The translations under genes and the position numbers were made by a program. DNA of 60,000 nt from Mobula hypostoma (lineage: Eukaryota): positions 58,468,001 to 58,528,000 of the forward strand of contig NC_086097.1 of NCBI RefSeq assembly GCF_963921235.1, written 5' to 3'. Under the pieces are notes generated by a model, which was not told the DNA's origin, did not search any database, and saw only the letters and a list, made by a program, of their open reading frames with translations. Each line of letters starts with the position of its first letter. Positions within the stretch are counted from its first letter, which is position 1. Shown one piece after another: positions 1-13,517 of this stretch.

Positions 1-965
1 TCAAGGTGGCAAAGTGTAGAGTTGTGTTAACCCTGACGGGCTTGGATGACAAGCTAATAAACCAAGCAGGAACTGTGACAAGATTGAGCCGAAATTGGGC
101 CATCAGCTCAGCCATAGACCAGGCAGTGAGCTCCCTGCAATTGAGAGACATTATTGGCAACCCATGCCTGTGCCAGTAAGGCTTTGGCTCTGCAATGATG
201 GGAGAGTGCATGTGCAAGGGGTAGGCAGGATGTGGCTCAAGTAGAGGTATGAAACCGTGAGGATGAAAGGTGGTTATCAAAGTACTGGAATTGGAGTCAC
301 AGGGTGCCTGGACGAAATGGGATCTTCTCAAACACAAGATCACTTGGGCAGAGCTTTGGGGAGTGGAGCCCTTCCAAGTTTCTTTCCTCCTGCGGTCCGT
401 GTACGACTCTCTCCCGACACCATCACAGCTGCACACATGGGGGTTGAGAGAGGACCCTAACTGCAAGCTTTGTGGTCAGCAGGGTTCACTGGCACACAGA
501 CTGTCAGGATGCAAAACAGCTTCAACACAGGGCAGTGTAGGTGGCGCCACAACAAGGTCCTGCTGTCCCTTGCTGACTCACTGGAGCAGAAGAGGTGTCA
601 AAAGAGACCAGCTGGCAGAGAGGCAAACAGGGCAGTCATTTTCATCAAGGAGAGGGCCACACCAAATGTATCAAAGATACTTAAATCCAACCTGCTACAA
701 ACTGCCAACTCATGGGAGATGAGGGTCGATGTGGGGAGGAAGCTGCAGATCCTGGAGGTTGCAGACCACACTTCGATCAGACATCGTACCGTGGCCCACC
801 GGAGACAATAAAATCATCCTGGTGGAGCCCGCCGTACCATGGGAGGAAGGATGCAAGGATGCTCACGAGAAGAAGGCTCTGAAGTGCCTGTCCTTAGTTC
901 AGGAGTGCAGAGACAATGGATGGCAGACGTGTCTTCCCTATGGAGATCGGCTGTAGAAGATTCCT
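1..965 (+). mobile_element. Decayed HERO-like (restriction-like endonuclease) non-LTR retrotransposon, C-terminal part
   Basis: Frameshifted ORFs give FLLRSVYDSLPTP..LHTWGL, CKLC...H.LSGC zinc knuckle, WRHNKVL, RSDIV and ILVEPAVPWEE, the CCHC + RLE signature of HERO/R2-group elements. Confidence 0.75.
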
Positions 966-1208
966 GAGCAACTTCAGAAATAAGTAGCTCAAGTGATTTT
1001 AAGGCACATTGAAGATAGAATGTGTTAACTTATATTTTCTGAATTGCATAAAGACCTTGAAATTAGATTGTACTGCTTTCAATTTTAGTGAAATATTAAT
1101 GTGTACCTAAGTCTTGGGAATTTGTATGAAGCCCAGGATTTTTCCTTCAAAATGTTCAGTGCCCTTATCCCACAGAAGAATTGGACATGCATTTGAATGA
1201 AATGGCAT

Positions 1209-2043
1209 TGTTACGTACCCCGTAACTGGGTTGCCAAACCAGCAGAAATGGACCACTTAGTTGGAGTCTGGATTACTGGAACTAAGAGAATTTTATTAAA
1301 GAAATAAGCAACACAGTACTCTAATCAAAAGGATATAAATGCAACAGTTTAGCAACGATAAAACACACGTACACAGAACTAGGATAATAGGATCAATCAA
1401 GCTCTATCGCAGTCCAGGGGTAAATGATCAGTTTCAAGTGACGCAAAGTTCAGTTCAGTTCGCAGTAATCGCTGTTGTGCAGTTGGGGCGGGGAGAAGAG
1501 AGAGAGAGAACGAATGAATATGCAAATCGGATTCCAAACAGACCTTCGATATTCCTCGCAGTTAGCTTTCGGGCGAGCCCTTTGTAATGTCTTCTGAGGT
1601 CACTAACTGTGACCCCTCCGTTCCAGATACGATCGTTCTTCTGCGGTGAACCCGGCACCCAGGCAAGGGCGGACACACACACCAGGTTCCCACCCGACTG
1701 TATCTTTCCACCCTGTGCGTCTATGGCTGGTCCTGCGACCAGACCTCCAAAGACTCCCACCAACTTGTGGAGGGGGGGCACACCGCTTTCAGGGTCTCGT
1801 TACCTAGTGGAGTCGTGTGTCTGTTGCCTTAGCGAACCTGTCCCTTCTTATCCCCCTGCTGGGGTATCGCCTGTCCATCAAACTTCAAACAGTTCAGGGT
1901 TCAAAGCCACCGGTCTCTGACAATACTCGGAACAGTGTCTCCTTTCGGTAATCTCTCTCGTCTCTCTCTTATTAGCATCTTGCATGTACCCCCATCGTCC
2001 TCTTATCGGCATCAATCTTCTGATAACTGGTTCTTTTGTCACA
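1209..2043 (-). mobile_element. Solo LTR (835 bp)
   Basis: Starts TGTTAC and ends GTCACA (TG...CA), flanked by 4-bp direct repeat GCAT (1205-1208, 2044-2047); AATAAA on minus strand near 1292-1297; no coding content. Confidence 0.75.
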
Positions 2044-3094
2044 GCATACACTGGATACCTGGATACTATCTATAATTTTCATTATGTTTGTACCCTCTAA
2101 ATGAGACAACTCCAATCCCTTTGAACTAAAATGGATTTTTTTGTTCTAAATGTGACCTTTATTGTAAAAAAAAACTGAGTATAATTTATGTTTCATATTT
2201 TTTTTCTTGAATGCTGTGTGCCTGTGATGTAGCTGCAAGTGGCATAGAGTGGACACCTGGACGTTATCGGTGGTTTTAATTATGTACTGTATGTATCCTC
2301 TAAATGGGCCAGGCATGCAGAAGCAGATTTGCACTGCATGTGTGAGGCGTGATTTAACATCAAGTCAGCTGACTGTCAGGTGGCTCTTGTACTCTGTACT
2401 TGTTTGGCTGACTGCTCTAGGGTAATTCTGCTTCCTCCCTCTCCCTCTAATGCCTGAAGGACATGACCCTTGCTTGACTTTCTCTCATTCCATCTCCAAT
2501 TATATACTCAAACAACAGGAATTCTGCAGATGCTGGAAATTATATACTTCCTGCTTGCCTCCTTGATACCTTTACTGCTCTGTTTAGCAATATCAGACAA
2601 GTCATCAAGCTCTCAATTCCACATATCACCTGCCCCAGTCATTTCAGATTGCTGACCCTGCATTTGCTCAATGTTACTGAATATACAAGGGAAAGGACTT
2701 TGACTCTGCAAGGCCTATTTGTTAGTATACAATACTCTTGGATAATGTTTGTTACACTCTGAATACTGACTATTACAGTTAAATAGATGTGTTTTCTATG
2801 ATTTATGTCAATGCCTCTGCAGTTGCATGTTTTGTATTTCTTGCATTATTTAGTGTTAGATTCTTTGCTCTGGAGTACACCTCAAGAAATCAGCTTAAAT
2901 CTTGATTTCTATTAGGTTTTGTATAGCATTTATATATCACTTTGCTTTCAAGATTTAGTGACTGCTGTGAAAGTACCATCTGAAGATCACTATCATAGGC
3001 TGAGGACTGTAACACCTTGCAACAAATTGTGCATGGAATGGGCTGCTGGCGATGGTGGTGGAGGCGGACATAATAGGGTCTATGAAGAGACTCC

Positions 3095-3235
3095 TGAATA
3101 GGTACATGGAGCTTAGAAAAGTAGAGGGCTATGGATAACTCAAGGTAATTTCTAAAGTAAGGACACGTTCAGGACAGCTTTGTGGACCGAAGGGCCTGTA
3201 TTGTGCTGTAGGTTTTTCTATGTTTCTATGTTCTA
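3095..3235 (+). mobile_element. CR1 LINE 3' tail fragment
   Basis: GGTACATGG...GAAGGGCCTGTA...TTCTATGTTTCTATG tail, same tail type as the CR1 at 51640-53708. Confidence 0.65.
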
Positions 3236-4035
3236 AGTGTAGTAATCAACTCCCTATCTTTCTCACATTATTGGTGTTGAAAAGTATTTAATAGTGAGTA
3301 TTTTAGTTTTGTTTATTGATAAAGCAAATACATTTAATGACATTATACTAATGTCATTGAAACCTTTTCAAATATCCTGGTGGCTGTCATATCTTGTACT
3401 GAAGGAAAATACACAGCTGCTACCTCTATCAACATGAATAATATAGCAGTTTTCTGTGAATTGATGTTTCTTTATCTACCTATCTTTGCTTTAGATGAGA
3501 AAGTAACAATTTTTACTCATTCAAATTTTATTCTTGGCTCCATTAAATTATCTTTGTAGAGGTGCATGATCCTTTCAATTTTACATGTATAGGATCATTA
3601 AACAATAAAGCTGTTGTTTGCCCTTTCTGACTTAAAATGTGAGTGTGAAGGGACTGCTGAAATTAAATGTCCACTACCCTATGTTTCACTTGCTACCTTT
3701 ATCCTTTCTCTGCTGCTGCGGTTCCTTATCTTGTTGCTGCAGGATTGACATTACAAAGACAGTGATGGCATTTCAGTTTTCTTTGTTACAGTCAAAGCAG
3801 TCCGCTTTCTCATTACTGCTCAGGGTCCTGAGAGGACCTGTGGCCTCTCTCATGCTTCATGTTGTTTCCTCTTGCTGCAGGAACTTTCAGAAGAAACTCT
3901 GCTGAGCTGCATAATCAAAGTAGGAGGATGACTGAGCATGAGGAAGGGTGTGATACCACTGCTTTGTGGGAAATCAAGAGAAAAATGGATGCTAATGAGA
4001 AGGATGGGTTAGGAGTGAGCCAGATAGTGGTTGTT

Positions 4036-4665
4036 TTTTTCAGATTATGAGGACACGCAGTCCTCTTTTATTGTCATTTAGTAATGCATGCATTAAGAAA
4101 TGATACAATATTCCTCCGGTGCGATATCACAGAAACACAGGACAGACCAAGACTGAAAAACTGACAAAAACTATGTAAGTATAACATATAGTTACAGCAG
4201 TGCAAGTAATACCATAACTTGATGAAGAACAGGCCATGGGCACGGTAAAAAAAAGTTCAAAGTCTCTCGAAAGTCCCACATCTCACGCAGACAGGAGAAG
4301 GAAGAAAACTCTCCCTGCCATGTCCGACCACAGTCCGACTCTGAGTTGTCCGAAAACTTCGAGCCTCCAACCAGCCCTCCTACACCGAGCACCATCTCTG
4401 CTGGACGCTTCGACCCCAGCCTCAGCCGCCAGCAGCAGGCAAAGCCGAGGATTTTGGGGCCTTCCCTCCGGGGATTCTCAATCACACAGTAGCAGCGGCA
4501 GCGAACCGGGCATTTCAGAAGTTTCTCCAGTTGTTCCTCCGTGCTTCTCACGGCTGTCTCCATCAATTCAGAATTGTGCATGGTACCCTATTTAACAAAT
4601 ACGATATCATTTCACCGGAGAGCTGCGCGCGCTGCATTGCGCTGCCATCCTCTCCTCCCACCTCC
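4036..4665 (-). mobile_element. Unclassified non-autonomous retroposon-like repeat
   Basis: GC/CpG-rich ~620 bp island in AT-rich intron; minus strand ends AATAAAAGAGG...poly(A); no credible ORF. Confidence 0.45.
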
Positions 4666-5179
4666 TGTTTGAAAATATTAATGAAACTGATCTGTACTTA
4701 AGTCGTTCGTACTGATACAAAGGCATGTGATTTATGGCAGCACTTTAATAGTTATAACATGGCTAATTTTAACACTTCTAAGGTTTATTAAAAGGGGCAA
4801 GGACCTCTTTGACCTTATTTGATTACAAAGAATTATTAATTATTAATTTTGTTAACTTCAAAAAGCTGCCTTTTTTAAAGTATAGGCTTGTAAGTTGGGA
4901 CATTGGAGGATGAATATTGCAAAGAAAGATTCCCATCTTTGAAAATCATTACCATATTAGAAGCAGCACATAGTGATGGAGACCTTCACTGGCAGGATTC
5001 CTGTTGAATGAAGCTCCACCTTAAAGACATTGTTTTTTAAACTCTACCATTAAGCTGACAAGGAGCAAGCTAAGTAAACTGGGTTGAAAGTGTATTAACT
5101 GACTTTACTGTAGTTACAATTTGGTAATGTCTAGGAAAATATTTGCGTACAATATGAACTGTTTGAAGTGCTTTAAAGG

Positions 5180-5330
5180 ACGACACACACAGACAGAGAG
5201 AGAGAGAGAGACGCACACAGGCACACGAGAGATAGAGACAGAGAGAGAGAGAGACACACACACACACAGTGAGACACAGAGAGAGAGAGAGACACACACA
5301 CACAGACAGAGACACACACAGACACACAAA
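5180..5330. repeat. Compound (CA)n/(GA)n microsatellite
   Basis: Directly visible dinucleotide runs. Confidence 0.95.
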
Positions 5331-6789
5331 TGGTAAGCACAGCAAAAAGTTTATTCTACAGTTGACAAGTGTAAAAACTGCAATTTATTATGATGTCGGT
5401 GACTACACCAAAAAAGTAATCTGTTTCATCTGCCAAGTTGCATACTTTTATGACTAGAATATGTTACTTGTGCAAGCTCTAGCAGCTGGTCAGGGTGAGC
5501 AGGTGGAGATGGTTCCCAGTTGTACCCTGCCTAAGAGATGTTGTAGTATGCTGAGAATACAAAGTCAGAATTAAATCAACTGTGCACTGGTTCTCCGAAG
5601 GTGAAAATAGGACTTGGCACTCCGCTGGAGATTATTTATTGCAGATTTATTGTGTCTGAGCTTCTGAATTCTATGATTTGATTGACAGACTTCACTGATT
5701 CCTGCTTAGTCAGCTGTGTAACTGCTCCTGTGATGGTTGATTTCGCACTGGTGGTCTTGCTGGTCCTTCTTTTTATTCTTAAAGGAAATTCCTTCACAAA
5801 AAAAAAATCCATTCAAGCAATCCTCTAAATCTTATTTAAACTAATATCTGCTCCAGAGGAAGATGGAGAAATATGCAGTAGATTTTCAATCTTCGATGTG
5901 ATGTGAAAGCTGTTTTTCTGCACGTAATCCATAATGGCATATGTTCCTTGAAATATGTTAGAAAAATTATGTTAGAGCTTGGTCACCCAAGATAAACTGT
6001 ATTAGAATCTGGGCAAAGGTAGCACCGTCAATTGTTATGCACTTTTAAAACAATTCTTTCTTCTTAAGATGTGTTTTCTTTAGCCATATTGAATGCATGC
6101 ATTGCTCTTAGTAATTTATGTATTTGTATCTCTAGAAGAGGTACGAGATAATATATACTAACAGGTGTGGATTAAAGATCATTTCTCAAATTCAAAATAA
6201 ATCAGAGGAAATTAATGTATAATAATTTAGAGCAAATCCAGTGTAAATCAGACATTAGTGAATAATCCTAATGGACGTAATGATGTTCTTAATCTGTGCT
6301 TAATGCTAAAACTTTCCAACAAATATCCAGCTAACACTGAAGTACCGTTGTGTTTTGTATACGGTATACTAAATAATACAACCACTATATAGACATTCAT
6401 GGCAGGGTGAATTAATTTTAAATTGTTCCATTCAGGCCAGAATTAATCACTGTGGAGGCTTTCTTACTCTTGTGTGGTGACTGCTTTCCTGACAAGGGGG
6501 AATCACTCTGGTTGGCAGGTGAGACTTGTGGCTGTGAACCAATCTCAGGTTCTGGGGCCTCCTCTTGGGACTGCAGCATTGGTCCTGACAGCTCTAACCA
6601 CCTTTCTTCTCTAACAGTTGACCCTCCTCAACTGATCAATGTGTCGTCTCCAGATGACATCAGACACAATCTCCACTGTGTAGGAGAGTGGACCAGTTCT
6701 GTCCGTAATCTTTCCGGTTACCTGGTTTTGATCACCTCAGTAGTCCCTTGCCAGGACTGCTTGTTCAGGAGTGAAATGTCAAGCTTCCT

Positions 6790-6955
6790 TCTGGGTACAG
6801 GTATCGATTTTAACTGACATTTCGACGGCAAACTCTGCCAGCTTCATCAGGGATGATGCCTGTGCATGTCTAGTCTGGTGGTATTTAACCCACATCATCC
6901 ATCCCTGCTGATTGGTTAGTCCTCATCCAATCAGGTTTCTGCTGTCCTATCATCT
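6790..6955 (-). mobile_element. Penelope-like terminal fragment with hammerhead-like motif, inside the Gypsy element
   Basis: Minus strand reads CCCTGATGAAGCTGGCAGAGTTTGCCGTCGAAATGTC; interrupts Gypsy pol. Confidence 0.5.
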
Positions 6956-7739
6956 TCTAATCTTTTTAACTGTCTTGCGATTTTGGAGATGCCTGTTCTC
7001 GTCTTTACCCGTAATAATATTGTCTGAGGTAACTCTGGCCGCTTTCTGCCAGAGTGCAGGTGCAGATGCTTCTCCAAAAATAATCCTATTATAGTGATAA
7101 GGCCCTTTGTGAGTGTTTATGGTGAGAAGCACTTTGGACTCTTCTTCTATCTCCATCTGTAGGTAGGCCTCAGCTAAGTTCACTTTGCTGAAGTGTTTCC
7201 CTCCAGAAGGGTTTGCAAAGCTATCCTGAGTAGAGGGTAGAGGATATCTTTGTCATCTGCTTTCAGTACTGTGTTGATCGTAACCTTAAAATCACCACAG
7301 ATCCTGACAGACCCATTCTTCTTGGCTACAGGGACCACTGGTGTTGCCCATCGGCTCCACTCAACCTTAGAAAGAAATCTTTTAGCCACCATGCACTCTA
7401 GCTCATTGGCTACTTTATCACAGATATAAGGAACCAGATAGGCTTTGAAAAACTTTTGCATTTTTTATTTAACATGATTTTACCCTTGATACATTTCAGT
7501 ATCACATTGCCACGCCTGAACACTGCTATGTCATCATCCAGTACCTTAATTCACTTCCAGTTGACTTTGTTGAAGGGGATGTGGCATGCAAATTGTAGAT
7601 GATTCTCCAAACAAGTTGTAGTTCTTTCAGCCACTCACGGCCCCACAAAGTTGTCCCTCCTGTTTTTTTTTACCACATACAAGCCCAGTGTGGCTTGTTG
7701 GTTGTTGTATTTTACTATTACAAATGCCATCCCCTCAGA

Positions 7740-8230
7740 ATCAGATTTAATATCACTAGCATATGTTGTGAAACTTGTAATGTGGCAGCAAAATGTTGCA
7801 ATACATAATTTAAAAAACTGTAAATCATTGTTAAATAAATAGTGCAAAAAGAGGAAAACAAAGTAGTGAGGTAGTGTTCATGGGTTCAGTGTCCACTCAG
7901 AAATCTAATAGCAGTGGGGAAGAAGCTGTTCCTGAATCACTGAGTGTATGCCTTCAGGCTCCTACACTTCCCCCCTGATGGTAGGAATGTAACAGCATCG
8001 ATGTGTTGGGCCCAGGATAGTTCCTCAGAGATGGTGACAGCAAGAAACTTGAAGTTGCTGACCCCTTCCTCTTCTGATCTCTGTGAGGGCTGGTGTGTGC
8101 TCCCTTATCTTACCCTTTCTTTGGTCTTACTGACGTTGAGTGCAAGGTTGTTGCTCTGACGCCACTCAATTAGTTGATATATCCCGCTCCTGTAGTCCTT
8201 CTTGTCACCATCTGAAGTTCTGCCGCAGGA
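7740..8230 (-). mobile_element. Rex-Babar LINE 3' fragment inside the Gypsy element
   Basis: Reverse complement resembles the 3' end of the element at 23640-26415 (CAGGAACAGCTTCTT, CTCAACGTCAGTAAGAC). Confidence 0.6.
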
Positions 8231-11200
8231 ATGATCTTTTCTCCAGTATAAATTCTCAGTTGGCTATCTGCAGGCTTCAGTCCAGTATTTTTGAAACGCT
8301 ATTCAAACTGATTTTATTGAATGACTGAAACAACCAAGTTGGTGTCCAATTACATTTTAATTAATTTGCGATTCACTTCTGGTATTAGCCATACTGCTTG
8401 TCTTCTGTAGTTTTCACATTGTAAATCTCAAGACTACTCAGTCCTCTGTCACTTTCATCATTATCAGATTTTCCATCAACAGAATACAGATTGGTGCTCT
8501 TTTTGAAACTGCAGCTTGACTTTTTATCTTTTTCTCTTCCCTGTACAGTCCCTTTATTTCTGTCTGCCCGACATTCTCTTTGTATATATCCTACTTTGTT
8601 GTATTTTCTACAAGTATTGCCTTTAAAGCTGAATTGGTCAGGTGTATTTGAGCCCCTGCCACAACGGTAACACAATTTGTTTGGTCAAGCTAGCTTCTGT
8701 TTCGACATTGCAGTTTTGTTCACACTCAGTTTCATTTCTGATTGCATCTTTGTCTGCTGTTTCCATTGATACAGCAATTTCAACTACTCTTTTAAGTGTC
8801 AGCTGTGCTTCATTTAGGAGCCATTTTTAAAATGCTTTCTTGTAAGGCTTCACAAACTAAATGCTCTCTCAGCACGTCATTAAGCCTATTACTGAATGGA
8901 CAATGCTCAGACTATCTCTTCAATTCAGCCACGCTAGCTGACATGAACTCCCCCTCTTTTTGATTCCACTTATGAAACCTGATGCATTCTGCAATTAACA
9001 ATGTTTTCAGTTCTAAATGTTCCTGCATTACTTTCATGATATGAGCAAAGCTCATTTCTGCTTGTTCAGTCAAACTGCTGATTAAACTGTATGCCTTTAA
9101 ACCCAATGCATTCAGCAAAACTGGCACTTGCTTCCCATTAGTTATTTAATCTGCTTCAAAGTACTGCTCAATTCATTACATATACAGTAGCCAGTTATCT
9201 TTTGTGCAGTTAAACACGTCTGTCATTCCGATGTAGCCAGCCATTTTTGCTCTTCTTTTAACTTTATGATTATTATCACCCAGTACTCACTGTTAATGAA
9301 CTTGCGTACTTGTCCTTTTTCTTTCTTTTTAATACTGAAACATCTTCACTTCTTGTGAAGAAAGCATGCTGCACTTTTTTAACTTGGATGTCTCACTACA
9401 GTGTATATCATTCACATTTTTACATATAACCTGTAATGAATTATTTAAACAATCAAGAATGCTTAAGCAACATATTTACAATATTATTCAAATACTACTG
9501 AAATATTAAATACGTAACAAGTTCTGACATTTGTTTATTGGGCAAAACTCTGAAAATGAGGTGAGATTTGGCATGAACTTCTGTGATGCATGATGGTGTA
9601 ATAATTCTAGTTAAAGAATAGTGAGTGTCCCATTGTCTTTGGCTTGATGACACATTCAACTTAAGCTGTCTAATATTAGTAAGTTGTTAAAAGAAAAAAA
9701 AAGTTTTGTCTTTCATTATTCCTGAACTAATGTGAATGGAATTGCTGTCCGTTGATAATGTAAAGAACTGAAGAAGGAACCTGACAACTTGTCTACTGCT
9801 ATGCTTATATTAAGCAGCTGCTTAAAATTGGTTCTATTCTGTCTAGTCATAGTCATAGTCATACTTTATTGATCATGGGGGAAATTGGTTTTCGTTACAG
9901 TTGCTCCATAAATAATTAAATAGTAATAAAACCATAAATAATTAAATAGTAATATGTAAATTTATGCCAGGAATTAAGTCCAGGACCAGCCTATTGGCTC
10001 AGGGTGTCTGACCCTCCAAGGGAGGAGTTGTAAAGTTTTATAAATAGACCGTCAAATGCCCAATGCACAGGGGGAGAAAAGTATCATGTAAACAATAAAA
10101 GTAAGCAAATAGCATTCAAAGCTGAAGTTTTACAAGAGAACCAAAACCTGGCATCACTGCAGCTGGAGCAGGCCACAGCCTCAGTTCAGCACAGAGCTGA
10201 GTTAAATCACTTCATGTGCAGTACATTAACTGAGCACTAAATTTAATGCACTTATATTCATGTAACGGAAGGAAGAATATCATTGAGATAAAAACTTACT
10301 ATTAAAAAATATAAGACAAAGAAATTTGACTTTATAAAATGTTACCCAGTTTAAGCAGAACCGGCCCATCCCTCGCCTCCAGTCCTGACACCCTCACCTT
10401 TCCAAATCGGTCCAGCGCTTAAATCGAACTGACGCTCCTGCCTCCAGTTGTCTTTGCCTCCGCCTCTGCAGGCCTCTTCATTGTTAGCAGTGATCATTAT
10501 TAATAAAGTGTTATTGTTAAGTGTTTAGTAGTTTTCTTTGTTTCGTATCTTGCCACCGATAAGTAGTTGCTGGATTTCACCAGCACCATCTTAATTATTC
10601 ATTTCATTTTAATTATATGACTTTTCAATAACAGAGATTTCACAGTTGAATGTAGAAATATGCGTTTGTAGTTTCATCTACATGTACTTCTAGGTAACTC
10701 TGAGGACAGTTTGCTCTGCCTATCCCTCTGCCCATCCTTCCTTCTCTGCAGAATGTAATTTTCATATTTTAAAGCATGCATTTAAACAATATTGTCCATG
10801 TGCCTATAATCTGAACAGAAATCATGTGTAAAGCAACACTCTAACTATCTATTATACTTCATATCTGTTTTTCAATGTTCGGCTTAATCATCATTTAAAT
10901 TGACCTGAGTGAATTTTAAATATTTTAACACTTGTGTTAAAATTGCAATTGTAGACTACCATTCAAATCTGCTAATTAACCTTTTTACAGATAGTGTCAA
11001 TTATTTCATAGCTTTAGTAGAATCTGTCATTGGCTTTTTTGTGACTTCAACAAACTTTCGGGATTTCCCAAAAGCAAACACCTTTTGAACTTGTTAATTA
11101 CCATTGCATCCGGAACTTGACCCATTTGTAGAGTCTCTCAGTGGAGGATGTGATCTGGTTTGGCTACCAGTTTGAGTATGTGCATGTTGAGGACCAGAAC

Positions 11201-11304
11201 TATGATCTCTCTTGATTTTATGTCCCTTTATTACTTTGTAACTTACTTTGAAACTTATGAAACTTCATTGCAATTCTTAACTCTTAGTGCTACAGAAACA
11301 GACA

Positions 11305-11775
11305 GAAGAGCCAGAGGTAGGCTACTTGGCCCAGCAAGTATGCTCCGCCATTCCATCATGACTGACTTATCCCTTTCAACTCCATTCTCCTGCCTTCTCT
11401 TCGTAACCTTTGATGCCCTTGCTAATCAAGAACATATGAACCTCTGCTTTAAATATACCCAATGATTTGTCCTCTACAGCCATCTGTGGCAACAACTTCA
11501 ACAGATTCACTACCCTCTGGCTAAAGAAATTCCTCCTTATCTGTTCAAAAGGTACGTCACTCTTCTGAGGATATGCCCTCTGGCCCTGGACTTTCCCAGT
11601 AAATGAATCATTTTCTCCACGTCTACTCGATCTAGACCTTTAATATTTGATAGGTTTCATTGAAATCCCCACCTCATTTTTCAGAACTCCAATGAGTACA
11701 GGACCAGAGCCATCAAACACCCCTCAGACGTTAACCCTTTAATTTTCGGTATCAATCTCCTGAACCTTCTCTGAA
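11305..11775 (-). mobile_element. CR1 LINE 3' fragment (old)
   Basis: Similar to 51650-52110 (AGATTCACTACCCTCTGG..AAGAAATTCCTCC). Confidence 0.7.
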
Positions 11776-12105
11776 CCAAAATGTGCAACAGTTCTTACAA
11801 ACCACTTGTCTTCTGTGTCATTAGACAAGCAGCAGTATTTCTGTACATAATTACAATTCATGAGATGTGAAAAGTTGGAGTTAGAGGTCCTAAAATATTG
11901 AATTCAAAGCCAAATCAAGATCAGAAAGTAAAACATAGAGAGGGAAAGAAGGGGTAAATTGAGAAGGATGAGAACGTATTCCCGTTTTTTAAAAATAGTT
12001 AAATTCTCGAGATAGGAAACCCTAGACTTATGAAAAATTATCCAGATTTTAAAATGGTATTTAAAACTACTGAGAAATGTGTATTTATGCTGGAATGGAT
12101 TAGCT

Positions 12106-12184
12106 CAGGGGTTCCCAAACTGGGATCCAAGACCCCTCAGTTAATGGTAAAACTCCATAGCATAAAAAAGATTGGGAACCCCTG
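12106..12184. mobile_element. 79-bp hAT-type MITE
   Basis: TIRs CAGGGGTTCCCAA / TTGGGAACCCCTG; perfect 8-bp TSD GATTAGCT (12098-12105, 12185-12192). Confidence 0.9.
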
Positions 12185-13379
12185 GATTAGCTCCAATTTA
12201 TTTGGAAGAGTGTATTTGATACATCACATGTAAGTGCAGGACTACATGCTGTTCCATGTATTTCAGTAACAAGTCTCTTGGTCAAATTATTGAATATAGT
12301 ACAATTAATGTATAACAGCATATCTTGACAGCTGATTCCCATCTCTGTTTTAATTCTGGATATAGAATTGTCAGAAATTGCTATCCAATTTAAACTTTAA
12401 TAATGGCAGTATTTTGCTCAGCATTTATTTCCACCTTAAAATATGTGTTTATCATGCTAAAGTCAAAGGATGTTTTGTTTAAAGTTAACAATATTCCTGA
12501 CATTTGCATGTTATTCACTCTGAGAGTCAGAGATATCTACACACTAGATTCATAGAATCATACAGCACTGAAACAGGTCTTTTGGCTCACAGCATTCTCA
12601 CCAACTATTAAGCACCCATGTATACAGATCACATTTTTTCCCCCTCTGCCTGATCTGCCTGCCATCCATTTGCACAGTCATCATTTAACCTACCAACCAG
12701 CATCTCTTTTGGCATATGGGAACAATTGTGGGAAACTCATGCAGTGACAGCAAGAACATAGAAACTGTACCCATCAGAATCAAATCCTGGTCTCTGAAAT
12801 CGTGAGGCAGCCATGTTAGCATCTCATTACTGTACCATTCCAATGCATTCAGCATCATCCACAGAGTGGCTTCTGTAATGCCTTCCAGTAAATTTCCCAG
12901 TACGTTTATTTTACTGTTCTAGAACTTTCATTTGCAACGGCATATCCTGAAATATCCAGGATGACCTAATTGTGTCAATGGAAAGGAAAATTAGTTAGGC
13001 ATGCATGGACTAAATTGATAACACAGGTTTAGCAATATGATTTTCTTCTCGAGCAAGGTAGAGTTGTGGCAGCAGGGCTATTTGAGAAGTCTTATTTAGT
13101 TGATGACCAGCTTGATCAAGTGATACTAAAATATAAACTGAATACAAAATGCTATAGATGCTGAAAGTCTTAAATAAAGACAATGGTGGGTATATCGAGC
13201 ATGCAAAGCACCATTGTTGGAGAGTGAAAGTGAGTTAACATTTAGGGTCAATAACCACTTGTGGCCTGTCTGTCCTCTGCGTTTGTTGCTATTCAAAACC
13301 TGATTTCTGTTCCGCCAGTTCAACGTATGAGGAGCTGAACTGAATTTTTATTGCTCCACCAACCCTCTCAATCTACAGT

Positions 13380-13517
13380 TCACAAACACATGAGATTCTA
13401 CAAATGCTGGAAATCCAGCGTAACGAACACCAAATGTAGGAGGAACTCTGTAGGTCATGCAACATCTATGGAGAATAATAATTGGTTGACATTTTGGGCT
13501 GAAACCCTTCATCAGGA
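13380..13517 (-). mobile_element. Penelope-derived short repeat (terminal part with degenerate hammerhead motif)
   Basis: Homologous to the Penelope terminus at 46164-46260. Confidence 0.7.

Larger units (their letters stand above)
6349..9519 (-). mobile_element. Decayed, internally deleted Ty3/Gypsy LTR retrotransposon
   Basis: Minus-strand gag (ATG near 9244; LLNALGLKAYSL, IAECIRFHKWNQ), CYRCG knuckle (~8670), degenerate protease LDTN (~8350), RT SRWATPVVPVAKKNGSVRICGDFKVTIN and LAEAYLQ...LTINTHKG; interrupted by other repeats; ends approximate. Confidence 0.8.

Noticed and set aside
5070..5457. Overlapping Cys/Val- or Arg/Thr-rich ORFs
   Set aside because: Translation artefacts of the microsatellite
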